32,000 nucleotides of DNA from Pseudidiomarina andamanensis (GTDB lineage: Bacteria > Pseudomonadota > Gammaproteobacteria > Enterobacterales > Alteromonadaceae), in assembly GCF_009734345.1 (NCBI RefSeq), contig NZ_CP032551.1, positions 630,001 through 662,000 of the forward strand, given 5' to 3'. The notes below the pieces were generated by a model. It worked only from the letters and a program-made list of their open reading frames with translations, searched no databases and had not been told where the DNA came from. The translations under genes were made by a program, and so were the position numbers. Below are positions 30,447-32,000 of this stretch, piece after piece. The stretch's first letter is position 1. Each line of letters begins with the position of its first letter.

Positions 30447-30815
30447 GTGGCGCGGATTGTCATCGCTTTACATGCAGCTCCTGCTGCTGACACCCCAGCC
30501 CAACATCGCAGCCTGTTAGCGTACCATTACGCGCAGGCTGCGCTCGTTTCTGGGCATCAAATTGACATGGTCTTTTTCTACAGTGACGCTGTTTTACATG
30601 CAGCTAAGCTCGATAATTCTGGCGAAGCACATCAAGCAGTAACGCAGTGGCAAAAGTTTGCAACGCAACATAACGTACCGCTGGTTATTTGTAATACAGT
30701 AGCCGAAGTCGACCACCAAATGACGACTGAAAATTTGGTCGCACCGTTTCAAAATGGCGGCTTAACTGAATTTTCTATGGCTGCAGCAGCTGCCGATCAC
30801 GTGATCCAATTTTAA
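30447..30815 (+). CDS. tusD: Sulfurtransferase complex subunit TusD (DsrE family)
   Basis: 122 aa with a GTG start. DsrE fold pattern with the conserved Cys in VPLVICNT and the C-terminal ...VIQF, as in E. coli TusD. First gene of a tusDCB-like triplet. Confidence 0.8.
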   Translation: MARIVIALHAAPAADTPAQHRSLLAYHYAQAALVSGHQIDMVFFYSDAVLHAAKLDNSGEAHQAVTQWQKFATQHNVPLVICNTVAEVDHQMTTENLVAPFQNGGLTEFSMAAAAADHVIQF

Positions 30816-30825
30816 AGGTTAGCTT

Positions 30826-31173
30826 GTGAGTATTGCCGTTATTCAAACCAAAAATGCAAAGCACAACGCCGCCTGGCACGGTCAAGATATGTTGCTCGCA
30901 TTGGCGAGCATGGATCTCAATCCACAACTCATTCTCACCGGCGGCGGCATAGAATTATGGTTAAACAACCATGATGAAACTCGCAATAATCGTTCACTGC
31001 AAAAACGTTATACCATGCTCGAATTATTCGACTGCCCTGCCCCTTGGGTAAATCAGCGAGAGCTTGATACAACGGGTTATGCTGCCAATGATTTTATCGC
31101 TGAAGTTAAAATTCTCGACGATGAAGAGTGGCAGCAGCGACTTGCAGAATTAACCAAAGTTCTTACCTACTAA
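30826..31173 (+). CDS. tusC: Sulfurtransferase complex subunit TusC (DsrF family)
   Basis: 115 aa with a GTG start. DsrF-like (GQDMLLALASMD...). Called from its position between the tusD and tusB homologs. Confidence 0.72.
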   Translation: MSIAVIQTKNAKHNAAWHGQDMLLALASMDLNPQLILTGGGIELWLNNHDETRNNRSLQKRYTMLELFDCPAPWVNQRELDTTGYAANDFIAEVKILDDEEWQQRLAELTKVLTY

Positions 31174-31182
31174 AGGCCAACC

Positions 31183-31500
31183 ATGATTGATACAGCTGCA
31201 TTAGACCATCCAAAATCAGCGGTTTTCGTGGTACGGCATTGGCCAACAGAGGAATGGCTAGCACAGTGGTTAAGCCCGAATGCAACGCTCATATTGAGTG
31301 AACAAGCACTTATGGATGTGCTTAATGACCCAACGCTATTAGAAAGCTTAACGATAACGCCGTATGCGCTGCACAGTGAACTAAAACTGTTGAATATTGA
31401 TGAAGTGCCGGCTTCTATCATACAGCTTGGTGATGCGCGCTGGGTGGAGCTTTCTCTAGACGCATCAACGTATATCGTGTGGGATGATCCACAAAACTGA
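31183..31500 (+). CDS. tusB: Sulfurtransferase complex subunit TusB (DsrH family)
   Basis: 105 aa. Weak DsrH-like pattern (ILSEQALMDV...YALHSELKLLNI). Called mainly from operon context. Confidence 0.6.
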   Translation: MIDTAALDHPKSAVFVVRHWPTEEWLAQWLSPNATLILSEQALMDVLNDPTLLESLTITPYALHSELKLLNIDEVPASIIQLGDARWVELSLDASTYIVWDDPQN

Positions 31501-31533
31501 TTTCTGTCACTGATTAACGAATAGAGAAGATGC

Positions 31534-31863
31534 ATGTTTGAGTTGAACGGACGCCAATATGAAACGGATAAGCACGAGTATTTAGCGAATTTTGATGAAT
31601 GGTCGCCGGAACTTGCTGAGTATATTGCTGCGCTAGAATCTATCGAGCTGACCGATGCGCATTGGGAAGTTGTTCATTTCGTGCGGGAATTTTATCAAAC
31701 TTACGATACCAGCCCTGCTATGCGGGTATTGGTCAAAGCCATTGGGCAGAGTTTGGGAGCTGATAAAGCTAACAGTATGTATTTATACAAATTATTCCCA
31801 AAGGGTCCTGCGAAGCAAGCAACGCGCATAGCGGGCTTACCTAAGCCCGCCAAGTGCATTTAG
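31534..31863 (+). CDS. tusE: Sulfurtransferase TusE (DsrC family)
   Basis: 109 aa. DsrC/TusE pattern (DKHEYL..FDEWSPELAEYIA...LTDAHWEVVHFVREFY) and the C-terminal conserved Cys in GLPKPAKCI. Confidence 0.88.
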   Translation: MFELNGRQYETDKHEYLANFDEWSPELAEYIAALESIELTDAHWEVVHFVREFYQTYDTSPAMRVLVKAIGQSLGADKANSMYLYKLFPKGPAKQATRIAGLPKPAKCI

Positions 31864-31878
31864 TTCGCTAAGTTTGGT

Positions 31879-32000
<122 letters not shown>

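Overview
This window looks like ordinary core chromosome from a roughly 45% GC gammaproteobacterium. It is probably a marine, Alteromonadales-like organism, judging from its many Na+-coupled transporters, but that assignment is low confidence. Coding density is high, and three blocks share gene order with E. coli: prc-proQ-msrC(yebR), uvrY-uvrC-pgsA-glyW-cysT-leuZ, and serT-yccA-tusE. The genes fall into these groups:
- Peptidases: PepN (partial), Prc, an M14 carboxypeptidase, an M61 aminopeptidase and an M23 peptidase.
- Na+-linked transporters: NhaC, an NSS family transporter and an AGCS family transporter.
- Glycolysis: a long-form GAPDH divergent from pykA.
- Regulation: a LytS-like kinase, LytTR regulator and lipoprotein operon, and a LysE/LysR pair.
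- tRNA and tRNA modification: four tRNA genes and a consolidated yccA-tusDCB-tusE cluster.
- serS (partial) at the right edge.

I found no CRISPR array, integrase, transposase, phage gene, toxin-antitoxin pair or recognisable defence gene. I do not think the sequence supports a strong claim of a novel multi-gene system.

The observations most worth a second look are:
- The UvrY/GacA-position regulator has a receiver domain that has lost every hallmark phosphorylation residue.
- Inverted arrays of a 7-bp tandem repeat lie next to the ribosome-binding site of a thioesterase gene.
- A membrane FMN glutamate-synthase-family gene is split by a +1 frameshift.
- A very acidic small ORF overlaps the proQ start.
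- The alanine/glycine:cation symporter carries an insertion of about 107 aa.

All product calls rest on my own recognition of motifs and similarity to remembered reference proteins. No database search was run.
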